Assembly: GCA_031549865.1 (NCBI GenBank)
Contig: JAVBPE010000018.1
Location: 20,208-84,207 of the forward strand
DNA: 64,000 bases
Source of the DNA: Anaeroplasmataceae bacterium
GTDB taxonomy: Bacteria; Bacillota_I; Bacilli_A; Acholeplasmatales; Anaeroplasmataceae
Direction of reading: 5' to 3'
A program made the translations under genes and the position numbers. Positions 8,937 to 18,882 of the stretch are shown here, in pieces. A model generated the notes under the pieces. The model searched no databases. It had not been told where the DNA came from and worked only from the letters and a program-made list of their open reading frames with translations. Within the stretch, counting starts at the first letter, position 1. Each line of letters begins with the position of its first letter.

Positions 8937-10042
8937 TGCTAAAAAAATGTATGGGCTGCGGCTCAATCTTACAAACTGAGTTTGAAGATAAAGCGGGGTA
9001 TATTCCAGAGATCACAAAAAATAAAGATTTATTTTGCAAAAGATGCTTTAGATTAAAGCACTATAGTGAATTACCAAAAATAATTGCATCAAATCTTGAT
9101 TATGAAAAAGTTATAGATAATGTTTTATCTAAAAACGGGTTAATGATATTAATCGTTGATTTATTTGACTTTTCAGGCTCTTTTACAAAAACAATTGTTG
9201 ATAAATTAAGAGGTAAGGATGTTATATTAGTTGCAAACAAATATGATTTATTTCCTAAAAGTACAAATGTTACTAAAATAGTAGATTGGTTAAGTAAATC
9301 TTGCGAAAAAGTATTCTTTAGAGTTTTAGGGATTCATATCGTTTCAAGTACTAAAGGATATTATTTAGATGAATTAATGAATACAATAGATTTAGCTAGA
9401 AAATCAAGAGATGTTTATTTTGTAGGATGTGCAAACGTTGGTAAGTCTTCATTAATAAATCAATTATTAAAGAAATTTAATGCTAAAACTGAAGATTTAA
9501 TTGCAACCTCAGTAATCCCTGGAACAACCTTAGATCAAATAGTTATTCCATTTTTTGAAGACAATAAAGCCTTTATAGATACTCCGGGGTTAATTAATGA
9601 AGGCAATATTATAAATAAATTATTACCAAAATCATATAAAATGATTTTACCAAATGGAGAAATAAATCCTATTACTTATCAAATAACTAAAAACAATTGT
9701 ATCTTTGTAGGTGGAATTGTTTGTGTTGATTTTACTGAGGTAATTAATAATGTAAGTTTAACTTGTTATTTTTCAAAGAGTTTAACAATACACCGCACTA
9801 AATCAGAAAAAATCCCGCATTTTTTTAAAGAGCATATTGGAACGCTTTTAACACCTCCAAGTGTAGAAGAGAAAGATAATATTAAATATACTATTCATAA
9901 TTTTGAATTTGATGGTAAAATTAAAAAGGACATTGTCTTTTCAGGATTAGGTTTTATAACTGTTAGTGGAAGTGGCAAGTTTATGGTCCATACTTTTGAA
10001 GGAACGGATGTGTTTGTAAGAAATGCAATTATTGGCAGATAA
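8933..10042 (+). CDS. yqeH: Ribosome biogenesis GTPase YqeH (circularly permuted)
   Basis: N-terminal Zn finger 'CMGCG ... CKRC'. G4 'VANKYDL' precedes G1 'GCANVGKSSLIN', showing the permuted order. Confidence 0.9.
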   Translation: MMLKKCMGCGSILQTEFEDKAGYIPEITKNKDLFCKRCFRLKHYSELPKIIASNLDYEKVIDNVLSKNGLMILIVDLFDFSGSFTKTIVDKLRGKDVILVANKYDLFPKSTNVTKIVDWLSKSCEKVFFRVLGIHIVSSTKGYYLDELMNTIDLARKSRDVYFVGCANVGKSSLINQLLKKFNAKTEDLIATSVIPGTTLDQIVIPFFEDNKAFIDTPGLINEGNIINKLLPKSYKMILPNGEINPITYQITKNNCIFVGGIVCVDFTEVINNVSLTCYFSKSLTIHRTKSEKIPHFFKEHIGTLLTPPSVEEKDNIKYTIHNFEFDGKIKKDIVFSGLGFITVSGSGKFMVHTFEGTDVFVRNAIIGR

Positions 10043-10616
10043 AATAACAGAAATTGAAGAAAAGGTCCGCGAAAAGTTTTTAAAGTCAAACAAAATTGAT
10101 CGCTATAACCATGTCTTAGGTGTTGTTAAAATGGCTTCCTATTTAGCTGAAAAATATAATGTAGATCAATCTAAAGCAACTATTGCTGCTTTAATACATG
10201 ATTATTATAAATATGAAGATATTGAAACATTAAAAACTTTAATTAATAAAGATGATTTAGAAGAATGTGCATCATGTGATGCCTTATATCATGCATACGC
10301 TTCTGCAAATGCCTTAAAGGATGTTTTTGGTATAGATGATATAGAAATCTATAATGCCATCCGTTATCATGTATTTGGTAGATATCCAATGACAAGATTA
10401 GAAGAAATTATTGTTATTAGTGATTACACAGAAGAAAATAGAAAATATGAGGATTGTATAATTGCTCGTAAGTTGGTTATTAATAAAACTATTGAAGAAG
10501 CAATAGCTTATAGTGCTGAAAAAACAATCGAGCATTTATTAAAAGAAGGAATTCCACCCCAAAAAATGAATTATGTGGTGTTACAAAAATATAAGGAGAA
10601 AGTAAATAATGCTTAA
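10023..10616 (+). CDS. yqeK: HD-domain protein YqeK (bis(5'-nucleosyl)-tetraphosphatase family)
   Basis: 'NHVLGVVKMASYLAEKY ... AALIHDYYK' is an HD motif. Overlaps yqeH by 20 nt and rsfS by 8 nt. Confidence 0.8.
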   Translation: MQLLADKITEIEEKVREKFLKSNKIDRYNHVLGVVKMASYLAEKYNVDQSKATIAALIHDYYKYEDIETLKTLINKDDLEECASCDALYHAYASANALKDVFGIDDIEIYNAIRYHVFGRYPMTRLEEIIVISDYTEENRKYEDCIIARKLVINKTIEEAIAYSAEKTIEHLLKEGIPPQKMNYVVLQKYKEKVNNA

Positions 10617-10938
10617 AGTAATAAAAGAATGTATTGAAAAAGTAAAAGGGTCTGATGTAGTAATCTATGATATGGAACAAACATCACCATTATTTGATTA
10701 TATGGTTATCGCAACTGTTGATTCTGAACGTCAAAGTGATGCAGCATGTGAATATATTAAAACTGAATTAGAATCAAAAGGATATCAAGTAAAAAATATT
10801 GAAGGAAAATACACTGCTTGGGTATTAATTGATTGTATCGATGTAATAGTACATGTATTTACAAAACAAGAAAGAGAATATTATAACTTAGAAAAAATCT
10901 ATTTAGATGTTAAAAAAGTAGATTATAACGCTATATAA
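10609..10938 (+). CDS. rsfS: Ribosome silencing factor RsfS
   Basis: 109 aa. 'FDYMVIATVDSERQSDAACEYI ... WVLIDCIDVIVHVF' is typical of the RsfS/iojap family. Confidence 0.9.
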   Translation: MLKVIKECIEKVKGSDVVIYDMEQTSPLFDYMVIATVDSERQSDAACEYIKTELESKGYQVKNIEGKYTAWVLIDCIDVIVHVFTKQEREYYNLEKIYLDVKKVDYNAI

Positions 10939-10944
10939 GAATTG

Positions 10945-10968
10945 AAAGACTAGTGATAGTCTTTTTTT
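10945..10968 (+). terminator. Rho-independent terminator after rsfS
   Basis: aaagacta pairs with tagtcttt, followed by a T run. Confidence 0.7.
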
Positions 10969-11099
10969 ATATCTTAATTGTCGAATTATGTAGAACGAAA
11001 AAAATTGTAAAGCAATCAATAAGATGTTATTTTGTAAATATATAAATGTTAAATAATATCAAAATTTGACAATTTAAAAAAAATATAATAAATTATGAG

Positions 11100-11729
11100 A
11101 TGGGGAGTAGTGTGTCAAAAAACAGCAGAAAACAAAGGGCAAGTAAAAAGCCCAATGTAACGGCGATTTCGAATAATGTAAAACAAAATGATTGTAATAA
11201 TAAAATTTTAGAAAATCTAAAGAATGAAATTACGCAATTAAAATCTCAAATATTTCTTTTTTTAGGAGCTTTTTCTATAATAATAAGTACTACATTTGTT
11301 GCAGCTCAATTAATATGGCCAAACTTAAATATATCTAATGCAGATAAATACGCTAAAATTCAAATATTTATAACTGGACCATTAATAATGTACTTCGCTT
11401 TTGTTTGCATTCCATTGTTAATTGCTTTTAAGGAATATACTTTGAGCAATATGAGTGTATTTATTAAATTATACCAAAATATATCTGATAGAATAATGTA
11501 TCCCAATTATATTGATCATTTAAAAAAAAGATACAAAAATTTTATAATTAATCCAAGTGAAACTGAAAAAAAAGATATGTACCTTTATCTTATATGGCGA
11601 TACAATAAAAAAATAAAACTGTTGCAAGGTTTATTTATCGCTAGTTTAATTTTGTTTTTTCTAATGGTAATATATGTAGCAGCAGTGTCCATGTATGCAG
11701 GCGAGTTTCAGAGATGGATTTACGGGTAA
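11100..11729 (+). CDS. Hypothetical membrane protein
   Basis: 209-aa ORF with a basic N-terminus and three or four hydrophobic helices. No motif recognised. Confidence 0.45.
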   Translation: MGSSVSKNSRKQRASKKPNVTAISNNVKQNDCNNKILENLKNEITQLKSQIFLFLGAFSIIISTTFVAAQLIWPNLNISNADKYAKIQIFITGPLIMYFAFVCIPLLIAFKEYTLSNMSVFIKLYQNISDRIMYPNYIDHLKKRYKNFIINPSETEKKDMYLYLIWRYNKKIKLLQGLFIASLILFFLMVIYVAAVSMYAGEFQRWIYG

Positions 11730-11835
11730 AGAATCTTTTAAAAAAGTCGATTGATTTGTATTTATAATTATTACGATAATTTAAAAAAAATATTCGTAAA
11801 ATATAAAAACAATACATATTTGTAGACACATATAA

Positions 11836-11868
11836 AATAAAATCGAGATTAATTTCTCGATTTTTATT
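11836..11868. terminator. Bidirectional terminator
   Basis: aatcgaga (11841-11848) pairs with tctcgatt (11855-11862), flanked by A-rich and T-rich runs. Lies between convergent genes. Confidence 0.6.
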
Positions 11869-12804
11869 TTATAAATCTATAGGTTCTTCATAGTTAAATA
11901 TTTCTGAATCATATCCCGTATATAAAGAAATATCTTTAAAGTTCATATTGAAACTTATTTTTTTATCAAAATATAGGTAATCATTTACAGCTTTAATTAA
12001 AGTAGTAGCTTCCTTTAATGCTAAATTATAAAGTTCAAATATTGTATAATTTACTCTTTTACCATCATAAGGTTCTCGATATTCTTTTTTTTCAGTATTT
12101 AAATAGTCAGTTTTTATTTTTGAAAATTTATTAATTATAGATTTTAACTTTGAATAATTAAATTTACTTTTAAATTTTTTATTTGATAATTTAAAGTATT
12201 GGAAACTTTGTGAAAATCCATATGTCCTATTCATGGCGTAGTCTAAGGCATTATAATCATTAAAGTTTAAGAGAAAAGCTCCTTTAAATTTTTTATTTAA
12301 ATTTAATTGTAAAAATGTTGTTTCGTCCTCGTATTTTTTAATGAAAAAGTAATCAAGCATTTCACAATATTTTTTATATTTATTTTTATATTTTTTATTT
12401 GGTTGACTCAAAGTATCAACCCCACTTCTAGAATAAATAAAAGGGTTTAAATATTTATCTAATGTATAATGAGATACAAGTCCATATATTAAAGAGACAT
12501 TGTCTTTATCAAAACCATTTTCTTTAGTATATTTAATTATATTTTCTAAAAACTCTTTAGTTTTTTTATTATGCATTTTATAAGATATATTAAAATCATC
12601 TTTTTTGAAAAGATTATTATATTTATAATAGTTTCCAAGATCATATATGTTGGCATATAAAAATATTTTCGCATCAGTTAAATGAATTTGTTTTTTATAT
12701 TTTTCATCTAAAGTAGAAAATAAATCTTTAGAAAAATAATAATGAAGCATAGAACCACTCATATAATCACGTCCTTTGTTATAATTATAATCGAAAAAGC
12801 GCAT
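11869..12804 (-). CDS. Hypothetical protein (311 aa)
   Basis: Long ORF on the minus strand. The His-containing blocks 'SMLHYYFS' and 'GLVSHYTLDKYLNP' faintly resemble zinc-dependent phospholipase C-like proteins; not assigned. Confidence 0.5.
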   Translation of the reverse strand: MRFFDYNYNKGRDYMSGSMLHYYFSKDLFSTLDEKYKKQIHLTDAKIFLYANIYDLGNYYKYNNLFKKDDFNISYKMHNKKTKEFLENIIKYTKENGFDKDNVSLIYGLVSHYTLDKYLNPFIYSRSGVDTLSQPNKKYKNKYKKYCEMLDYFFIKKYEDETTFLQLNLNKKFKGAFLLNFNDYNALDYAMNRTYGFSQSFQYFKLSNKKFKSKFNYSKLKSIINKFSKIKTDYLNTEKKEYREPYDGKRVNYTIFELYNLALKEATTLIKAVNDYLYFDKKISFNMNFKDISLYTGYDSEIFNYEEPIDL

Positions 12805-12869
12805 TTTTAAAAGTTTAATCTTTAAATTTCACTCTATTTGTTATAAAATAAACCTTGGAGGTTTTATTT

Positions 12870-13811
12870 ATGAAACAATTAACCAAAGAACAATTAAGTG
12901 TAATTGAAAGACAAATGTTTAATCATACAAGAGATGTTGATACAGCAATATATGATGCAATGTTTTTTGATGACTTTCCAAAAGAAATAGCTGTTGATGC
13001 CTTACTTATGTATCAAAATAAAGACGGTGGTTTTGGAAGTGGTTTACACATAGATATATATAGTCCTGATTCAAGTGTATATGTAACTTATGAGGCGTTA
13101 AAGATTTTATATATGGTTGGATTTAGAAGTATGAAAGAAAATGAATTATTAGAAGGATTACTGAATAAGGCTTTTAATTATTTATATAATAGAAATACTC
13201 TTAAGGATAATAAATTTGAACCATTAGAAAAAACTAATAATAAATATGCTCATTCAAAGAAATTTGAACTTGATGAAAATACATTTGAGCGCTTTGGATA
13301 TTATCCAAGTGTTACAATATTTGGCTTTACTTTATTATTTTGCGATGAAACTAAAGCATACTATAAAAAGGCTTTAAATTATGCTAAAAAAGCTATAAGT
13401 GATTTTTATATATCTAATGCCCATACTAAAGATGAGTTATATGCATATTCTTTATTTATAGAATGCCTAAGATATAAAAATTTATTAATTGAAGAATTAG
13501 ATAAATTAGAAAATAGTTTATTAGAATATGGCTTAAGTGTTGTAAGTAGAGATGTTAGTGCTTATGAAGAGGAAGATGCAGTTCGTCCAACTCTAATATT
13601 TGCGCATCTTAATTTAAATGAGGAAGCAAAAGAATTGCTTGAACGCGATTTAGATTATATAATTGATTCAATAGCGTCTCACGGACTGTGGGATCATAAA
13701 TCAGACTGGGATGAAGATAAATACCCAGAAGCATCAAGCGCATCTTTAAAATGGATTGGTGTAGAAAGTTATAGAAATTTATATCTATTAAAAAAATTTA
13801 ATAGATTCTAA
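12870..13811 (+). CDS. Hypothetical protein with one prenyltransferase/terpene-cyclase-like repeat
   Basis: I prefer the ATG at 12870 (ggagg RBS at 12857-12861) over the TTG at 12855. 'QNKDGGFGSGL' resembles the alpha-alpha toroid repeat motif. Confidence 0.5.
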   Translation: MKQLTKEQLSVIERQMFNHTRDVDTAIYDAMFFDDFPKEIAVDALLMYQNKDGGFGSGLHIDIYSPDSSVYVTYEALKILYMVGFRSMKENELLEGLLNKAFNYLYNRNTLKDNKFEPLEKTNNKYAHSKKFELDENTFERFGYYPSVTIFGFTLLFCDETKAYYKKALNYAKKAISDFYISNAHTKDELYAYSLFIECLRYKNLLIEELDKLENSLLEYGLSVVSRDVSAYEEEDAVRPTLIFAHLNLNEEAKELLERDLDYIIDSIASHGLWDHKSDWDEDKYPEASSASLKWIGVESYRNLYLLKKFNRF

Positions 13812-13823
13812 GAGGTAAGAAAA

Positions 13824-15347
13824 ATGAAAAAAAAACCTGTAGTTTTAATGATATTAGATGGATTTGGAATAGATAAGGCATCAAGTACTAATGCAATATC
13901 TTTAGCTAATAAACCAAATTTAGATTCATTAATGAAAAAATATGATGTAAAAACACTTGAAGCATCAGGAGAAGCAGTTGGACTTCCTGAGGGTCAAATG
14001 GGTAATTCAGAAGTAGGTCATTTAAATATTGGAGCTGGTAGAATTGTTTATCAATCTCTAACAAGAATCAATAAAGCAATTAAAGATAAAGAATTAGAAA
14101 ATAATAAAGCTATCAATAATGCTATAAATCATGCGATTAAAAATAATTCAAAGTTTCATATCTTTGGCTTAGCCTCAGATGGTGGAGTACATTCACATAC
14201 TAAGCATATTATTGCGATTGCAAATATTGCCGCATCTAAAGGGATTAAAGAAGTTTATTATCATGCATTTTTAGATGGAAGAGATGTTGCACCTAAATCG
14301 GCTTTAATTTACTTAGATTCTATTTGTGCAAATTCAAGCGTTAAAGTCGCAACAGTTTCAGGGCGTTATTATGCAATGGATAGAGATAGAAACTATGAGC
14401 GTATTCAAGTTGCCTATGATGCCATAACAAGAAATATTGGGCCACATTTTAATGATTATAAAGAAGGAATAGAAGCTTCATATAATAATGATATTACTGA
14501 TGAATTTGTGCTACCTTTTATTTGTGATGATAAAGGTATGGTTTCTAAAAATGATGCCGTAGTATTCGCAAACTTCCGTCCTGATCGTGCCATCGCAATA
14601 GCTACTGCTATTTCAAACCCAAATGGTATTGATTATAATCAGGATAAACCATATAGATTAAATATTAATAAAGAAGTAGATAATATTTATTTTGTTTCAA
14701 TGATGAAATATTCAGATACAGTTAAAGGCGAATTAGCTTTCGAACTTCAAGAATTAAAAAATTTACTTGGTGATGTTGTAAGTGATAATGGCTTAAAACA
14801 ATTAAGAATTGCGGAAACTGAAAAATATGCCCATGTTACATTCTTTATGGATGGTGGTGCCGATAGAGAAATTTATAATGCTAAGCGTATTTTAGTAAAT
14901 TCTCCTAATGTCGCAACATATGATTTAAAACCTGAAATGTCTGCTTATTTAGTAACTGATAAATTAGTAGAAGCAATTAAAGCGGATCTTTATGATTTAA
15001 TTATTGTTAACTATGCTAACTGTGATATGGTTGGTCACACAGGAAATATTGAAGCTGCAAAGCTTGCGACAGAAGCAGTTGATAAATGTGTCGGATTAGT
15101 AATGGATGCAATAAATGAGGCGGGTGGAGTAGCCTTAATTACTGCTGACCATGGAAATGCTGAAAAGATGGCTGATAGTGAAGGAAAACCATTTACAGCT
15201 CATACAACAAATTTAGTCCCAGTACTTATAACTGATGAAAAACTTAAAATAAGAGATGGTATTTTATCTGATATTGCCCCAACATTATTAGAGTTATTAG
15301 GAATTGATATTCCATCTGATATGGAATCAAAATCATTAATAGTATAA
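13824..15347 (+). CDS. gpmI: 2,3-bisphosphoglycerate-independent phosphoglycerate mutase
   Basis: 'VLMILDGFG', 'GNSEVGHLNIGAGR' and 'TADHGNAE' are hallmark iPGM motifs. 507 aa. Confidence 0.95.
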   Translation: MKKKPVVLMILDGFGIDKASSTNAISLANKPNLDSLMKKYDVKTLEASGEAVGLPEGQMGNSEVGHLNIGAGRIVYQSLTRINKAIKDKELENNKAINNAINHAIKNNSKFHIFGLASDGGVHSHTKHIIAIANIAASKGIKEVYYHAFLDGRDVAPKSALIYLDSICANSSVKVATVSGRYYAMDRDRNYERIQVAYDAITRNIGPHFNDYKEGIEASYNNDITDEFVLPFICDDKGMVSKNDAVVFANFRPDRAIAIATAISNPNGIDYNQDKPYRLNINKEVDNIYFVSMMKYSDTVKGELAFELQELKNLLGDVVSDNGLKQLRIAETEKYAHVTFFMDGGADREIYNAKRILVNSPNVATYDLKPEMSAYLVTDKLVEAIKADLYDLIIVNYANCDMVGHTGNIEAAKLATEAVDKCVGLVMDAINEAGGVALITADHGNAEKMADSEGKPFTAHTTNLVPVLITDEKLKIRDGILSDIAPTLLELLGIDIPSDMESKSLIV

Positions 15348-15440
15348 AATTCTATTATTTCATTTTTTGTTAATATTTAATACATAAAAAACCTCGAAAT
15401 AACGAATAAAATATCAAATAAATTTATATTTTATTTATTA

Positions 15441-15469
15441 TTGACAATTCAAAATAAATAGGTTATTAT
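15441..15469 (+). promoter_or_regulatory. Promoter of the T-box/leuA unit
   Basis: TTGACA (15441-15446), 17 nt spacer, TATTAT (15464-15469). Confidence 0.5.
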
Positions 15470-15519
15470 TTATATACTATCTTAAATATGATGATTAAGA
15501 AGGAGTAAATTTATATTTT

Positions 15520-15752
15520 TCCATAGAGAGCTTTTGGTTGGTGAAAAAAAGCGTAAAGTATATTTTGAACTAGTCTTAGTAATAGAGCACTGAACAAAGA
15601 AATTTTAAGTAGGCTGCTTCGGGATGCCCGTTATAGCTATAAAGTATATTATATACTTGATAAGGTGAGTATCGTGAGATATTTATAAATTGAGGTGGAA
15701 CCACGAATGATCGTCCTCTAGGATACATATGTATCTTAGAGGATTTTTTTTC
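15520..15752 (+). promoter_or_regulatory. T-box leader (tRNA-sensing riboswitch), leucine specifier
   Basis: Stem I elements 'AGAGAG' and 'GGTTGGTGAAA'. Candidate specifier is CUA (15570-15572) or CUU-A (15575-15578), both Leu. Conserved T-box 'AAATTGAGGTGGAACCACG' lies at 15687-15705. The terminator is cctctaggatac ... gtatcttagagg followed by T8. Confidence 0.85.
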
Positions 15753-15775
15753 GAAAAAGAAAGGAAGAAAAATTT

Positions 15776-17449
15776 ATGAACAATGAAAAATATGTAAAAT
15801 TTCAAACAATTAAATTAAAAGACAGAACTTGGCCAGACAAAGAAATTCAAAATGCCCCAATATGGTGTAGTGTTGATTTACGTGATGGTAACCAAGCGCT
15901 CGTTACTCCTATGACTGTTGAAGAAAAAATTAAAATGTTCAAATTACTTGTTAAAATGGGTTTCAAACAAATTGAAGTTGGATTTCCATCTGCAAGTCAA
16001 ATTGAATTTGATTTTATAAGAAAATTAATCGATGAAAACTTAGTGCCAGATGATGTTACATTACAAGTGTTAACTCAAGCGAGAACACATTTGATTAATA
16101 GAACTTTTGAATCTTTAAAAGGTTTAAAGAAAGCTATCGTCCATATTTATAATTCAGTAAGTGTATTACAAAGAGACGTTGTATTTCATAAGTCAAAAGA
16201 AGAAATAAAGAAAATCGCCACTGATGGTGTAAAATTAGTACGTGATTTATCAGAAAACTTTGATGGTGAAATTCTATTAGAGTACTCTCCTGAATCATTT
16301 ACAGGTACAGAAGTTGAGTATGCTTTAGAAGTATGTGAAGCTGTACTTGATACTTGGGGAGCAGATGATAATAAAAAAGTTATTATTAATCTACCTTCGA
16401 CTGTTGAAATGGATTTAGCGAATGTCTATGCTGATCAAATTGAATACATGTGCCGTAATTTTACTAACCGTAATCGTGTAATTGTTTCTCTTCACCCACA
16501 TAATGATAGAGGATGCGGTATTGCTTGTGCTGAACTTGGCTTACTTGCAGGGGCAGACCGTGTTGAAGGAACACTATTTGGTAATGGGGAAAGAACAGGT
16601 AACGTTGATATTGTTGCGGTTGCTTTAAACATGTATGTTCATGGAGTGGATCCAAAATTAGATTTTTCTAATATGAATGAAATTAAAGATACATATGAAG
16701 AAGTTACAAAAATACCTTTAACTGATCGTCATCCATATGCTGGTAAATTAGTATTTACAGCATTTAGTGGCTCACATCAAGATGCAATTAATAAAGGTAT
16801 GAGTGAGTATGTCGGAAGAAAGAGTGAAGTATGGGCTATTCCATACTTACCAATAGATCCTGCTGACTTAGGACGTCAATATGAACCAATAGTGCGCATT
16901 AATTCTCAATCTGGTAAAGGTGGTATTGCCTTTGTCTTAGAACAAAATTACGGTTTTAAATTACCTAAAGCTATGCAAGCTGATTTTTCTAATATTATTC
17001 AGAAGATTAGTGAAGCAAAAGGGGAAATCACAACAGAAACTATCTATAATGAATATATAAAGAATTATGTAACTTTCTGCCCGCATTTAAAGTTTAAAAA
17101 GCATCAAGCGATTGATATTTCTGATCAAGGAATGGAATATGATCGTAATTTTATTATCAATTGTACGCTTAATGATAAAGAAATGATTTATTCAGGCTTT
17201 GGGGATGGACCAATTGAAGCTGTAGTAGATGCGGTTAATAAGAGTGGATTAGTTAATATTAATATTGTTGATTATATGGAGCATTCATTGTCTAAGGGTA
17301 GTGGTGCTGATGCCGCATGTTATATCGAAGTAGTTGATAATGATACGAATAAGCATTATTATGGATGTGGAATTGATAAGTCTATTATTGTTTCAACTAT
17401 TAAAGCAATTTTTATAACTATTAATAAAATATTAGATACAAGAAATTAA
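15776..17449 (+). CDS. leuA: 2-isopropylmalate synthase (long form)
   Basis: 'WCSVDLRDGNQAL', 'HPHNDRGCGIA' and 'GTLFGNGERTGN' are HMGL-like catalytic motifs. A C-terminal LeuA dimerisation/regulatory domain is present. 557 aa. Confidence 0.9.
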   Translation: MNNEKYVKFQTIKLKDRTWPDKEIQNAPIWCSVDLRDGNQALVTPMTVEEKIKMFKLLVKMGFKQIEVGFPSASQIEFDFIRKLIDENLVPDDVTLQVLTQARTHLINRTFESLKGLKKAIVHIYNSVSVLQRDVVFHKSKEEIKKIATDGVKLVRDLSENFDGEILLEYSPESFTGTEVEYALEVCEAVLDTWGADDNKKVIINLPSTVEMDLANVYADQIEYMCRNFTNRNRVIVSLHPHNDRGCGIACAELGLLAGADRVEGTLFGNGERTGNVDIVAVALNMYVHGVDPKLDFSNMNEIKDTYEEVTKIPLTDRHPYAGKLVFTAFSGSHQDAINKGMSEYVGRKSEVWAIPYLPIDPADLGRQYEPIVRINSQSGKGGIAFVLEQNYGFKLPKAMQADFSNIIQKISEAKGEITTETIYNEYIKNYVTFCPHLKFKKHQAIDISDQGMEYDRNFIINCTLNDKEMIYSGFGDGPIEAVVDAVNKSGLVNINIVDYMEHSLSKGSGADAACYIEVVDNDTNKHYYGCGIDKSIIVSTIKAIFITINKILDTRN

Positions 17450-17478
17450 TTGACATATAACTTTTTAAAGAGTAATAT
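17450..17478 (+). promoter_or_regulatory. Promoter of the FMN riboswitch/ribU unit
   Basis: TTGACA (17450-17455), 17 nt spacer, TAATAT (17473-17478). Confidence 0.55.
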
Positions 17479-17483
17479 ATGTG

Positions 17484-17656
17484 TAGAAACGAAAAACTTC
17501 AGGGCAGGGTGTAATTCCCGACCGGCGGTAAAGTCCGCGAGCGCAAGCTGATTAGGTGTAATTCCTAAACCGACAGTAGAGTCTGGATGGAAGAAGAATT
17601 TTCTAATTTTTAGAATTCATCTTTTTTGTCCTCCAGTTTTGGAGGACTTTTTCGTT
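17484..17656 (+). promoter_or_regulatory. FMN riboswitch (RFN element) with terminator
   Basis: Matches the RFN core: 'CAGGGCAGGGTGTAATTCCCGACCGGCGGTAAAGTCCGCGAGC ... GGTGTAATTCC ... ACCGACAGTAGAGTCTGGATGGAAGAAG'. The terminator is gtcctcca ... tggaggac followed by a T run. Confidence 0.9.
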
Positions 17657-17674
17657 TTAAGAAAGAGGAATAAG

Positions 17675-18289
17675 ATGAAAAAACAAAAATCAATCAAAAG
17701 AATTTGCTATATCGCAATTCTAAGTGCTCTTGCTTCAGTACTTTATAATGTACCGAAGTTTTCACTACCATGGTTTCCATCATTTTTGGAAATCAACTTC
17801 TCAATGCTTCCAATAATTATTGCGGCCTTTATGCTTGGACCAATTGATGGTAGTATTGCGGTAATTATTAGATGTATTATTAAATTTACTTTTTGGGGTT
17901 CAGGCACTCAAGGAGTAGGTGAAATATCGGATTTAATACTAGGTTTAGCCTGTGTATTAACATCTGGTTATGCTTACCGCATGTTAAAAGAAAAGAAACA
18001 TAGCGATTTAATAAGTATTATTATAATGATTCTAACTTGGATAATTACCTCAATTATTTCCAATTGGCTAGTTGTAATCCCTTTATATGTTAAATTATTA
18101 TTTGATGGTAATATGGCTCCACTTGTTGGAATGTGTAGTATTATTAAAGGAATTAATCAAGATAACTTTATGGGAATGTATTTATTATACGCAGTAGTAC
18201 CTTTTAATGCCCTTATTTCAATCTCGATTGGTTTAATTACTTATTTAGTAAATAAAAGAATTAAAGTTGTTTATAATCAATTCGAATAA
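17675..18289 (+). CDS. ribU: Riboflavin ECF-transporter S component
   Basis: I prefer the ATG at 17675 (agagga RBS); the TTG at 17639 lies inside the riboswitch terminator. Multi-pass membrane protein directly downstream of an FMN riboswitch. Confidence 0.8.
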   Translation: MKKQKSIKRICYIAILSALASVLYNVPKFSLPWFPSFLEINFSMLPIIIAAFMLGPIDGSIAVIIRCIIKFTFWGSGTQGVGEISDLILGLACVLTSGYAYRMLKEKKHSDLISIIIMILTWIITSIISNWLVVIPLYVKLLFDGNMAPLVGMCSIIKGINQDNFMGMYLLYAVVPFNALISISIGLITYLVNKRIKVVYNQFE

Positions 18290-18321
18290 TAATGGTATAA
18301 TAGTATGAAGGATGTGATATT

Positions 18322-18786
18322 TTGTCTTTAAGAACAATAAAAAATAAATTTAGGCAACCTTTATACAAGGATGATTTAAAATATGTGTTATTAAATGGAA
18401 TAGTAGCGATGATATTTGTCTCAATCGCTATGGGGATAGTTGAAGCTTTTTTAGCAAAAATAAATTTTCCATTTAGTATTTGTGTATATTTAATCGGATT
18501 TTTAATAGGTAGACAAATAAGTAAGCATTATTATACTTATCATATTTGGTATCCAACTTTAGCTGTAATATTTACTATTATAGGATATATAATTTTTAAT
18601 GCCGCTTTTATAGGTGTTATAATTGGTAATTTTAATTATGTTATAAAATATATCTTTAGTTTAGATTTTTTGATTTATACATTAACCTCAATTAATCCTA
18701 TAAATGGTATAAATTCATTTTTGAATTTATTAGTTTTAGCTTTAACAGTGGTAACATCTTTTAGAATTGCTAGTAGAAGACGCTAA
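18322..18786 (+). CDS. Hypothetical integral membrane protein
   Basis: TTG start. 154 aa, about four hydrophobic helices. No motif recognised. Confidence 0.45.
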   Translation: MSLRTIKNKFRQPLYKDDLKYVLLNGIVAMIFVSIAMGIVEAFLAKINFPFSICVYLIGFLIGRQISKHYYTYHIWYPTLAVIFTIIGYIIFNAAFIGVIIGNFNYVIKYIFSLDFLIYTLTSINPINGINSFLNLLVLALTVVTSFRIASRRR

Positions 18787-18882
18787 AACGTTTTCAAATA
18801 ATGTAAATGATTTGTTTTTTATGTTATTTATAGTATAATATTTATGGTAAAAAACAATAATAAATCAAGGAGATATAATCTT

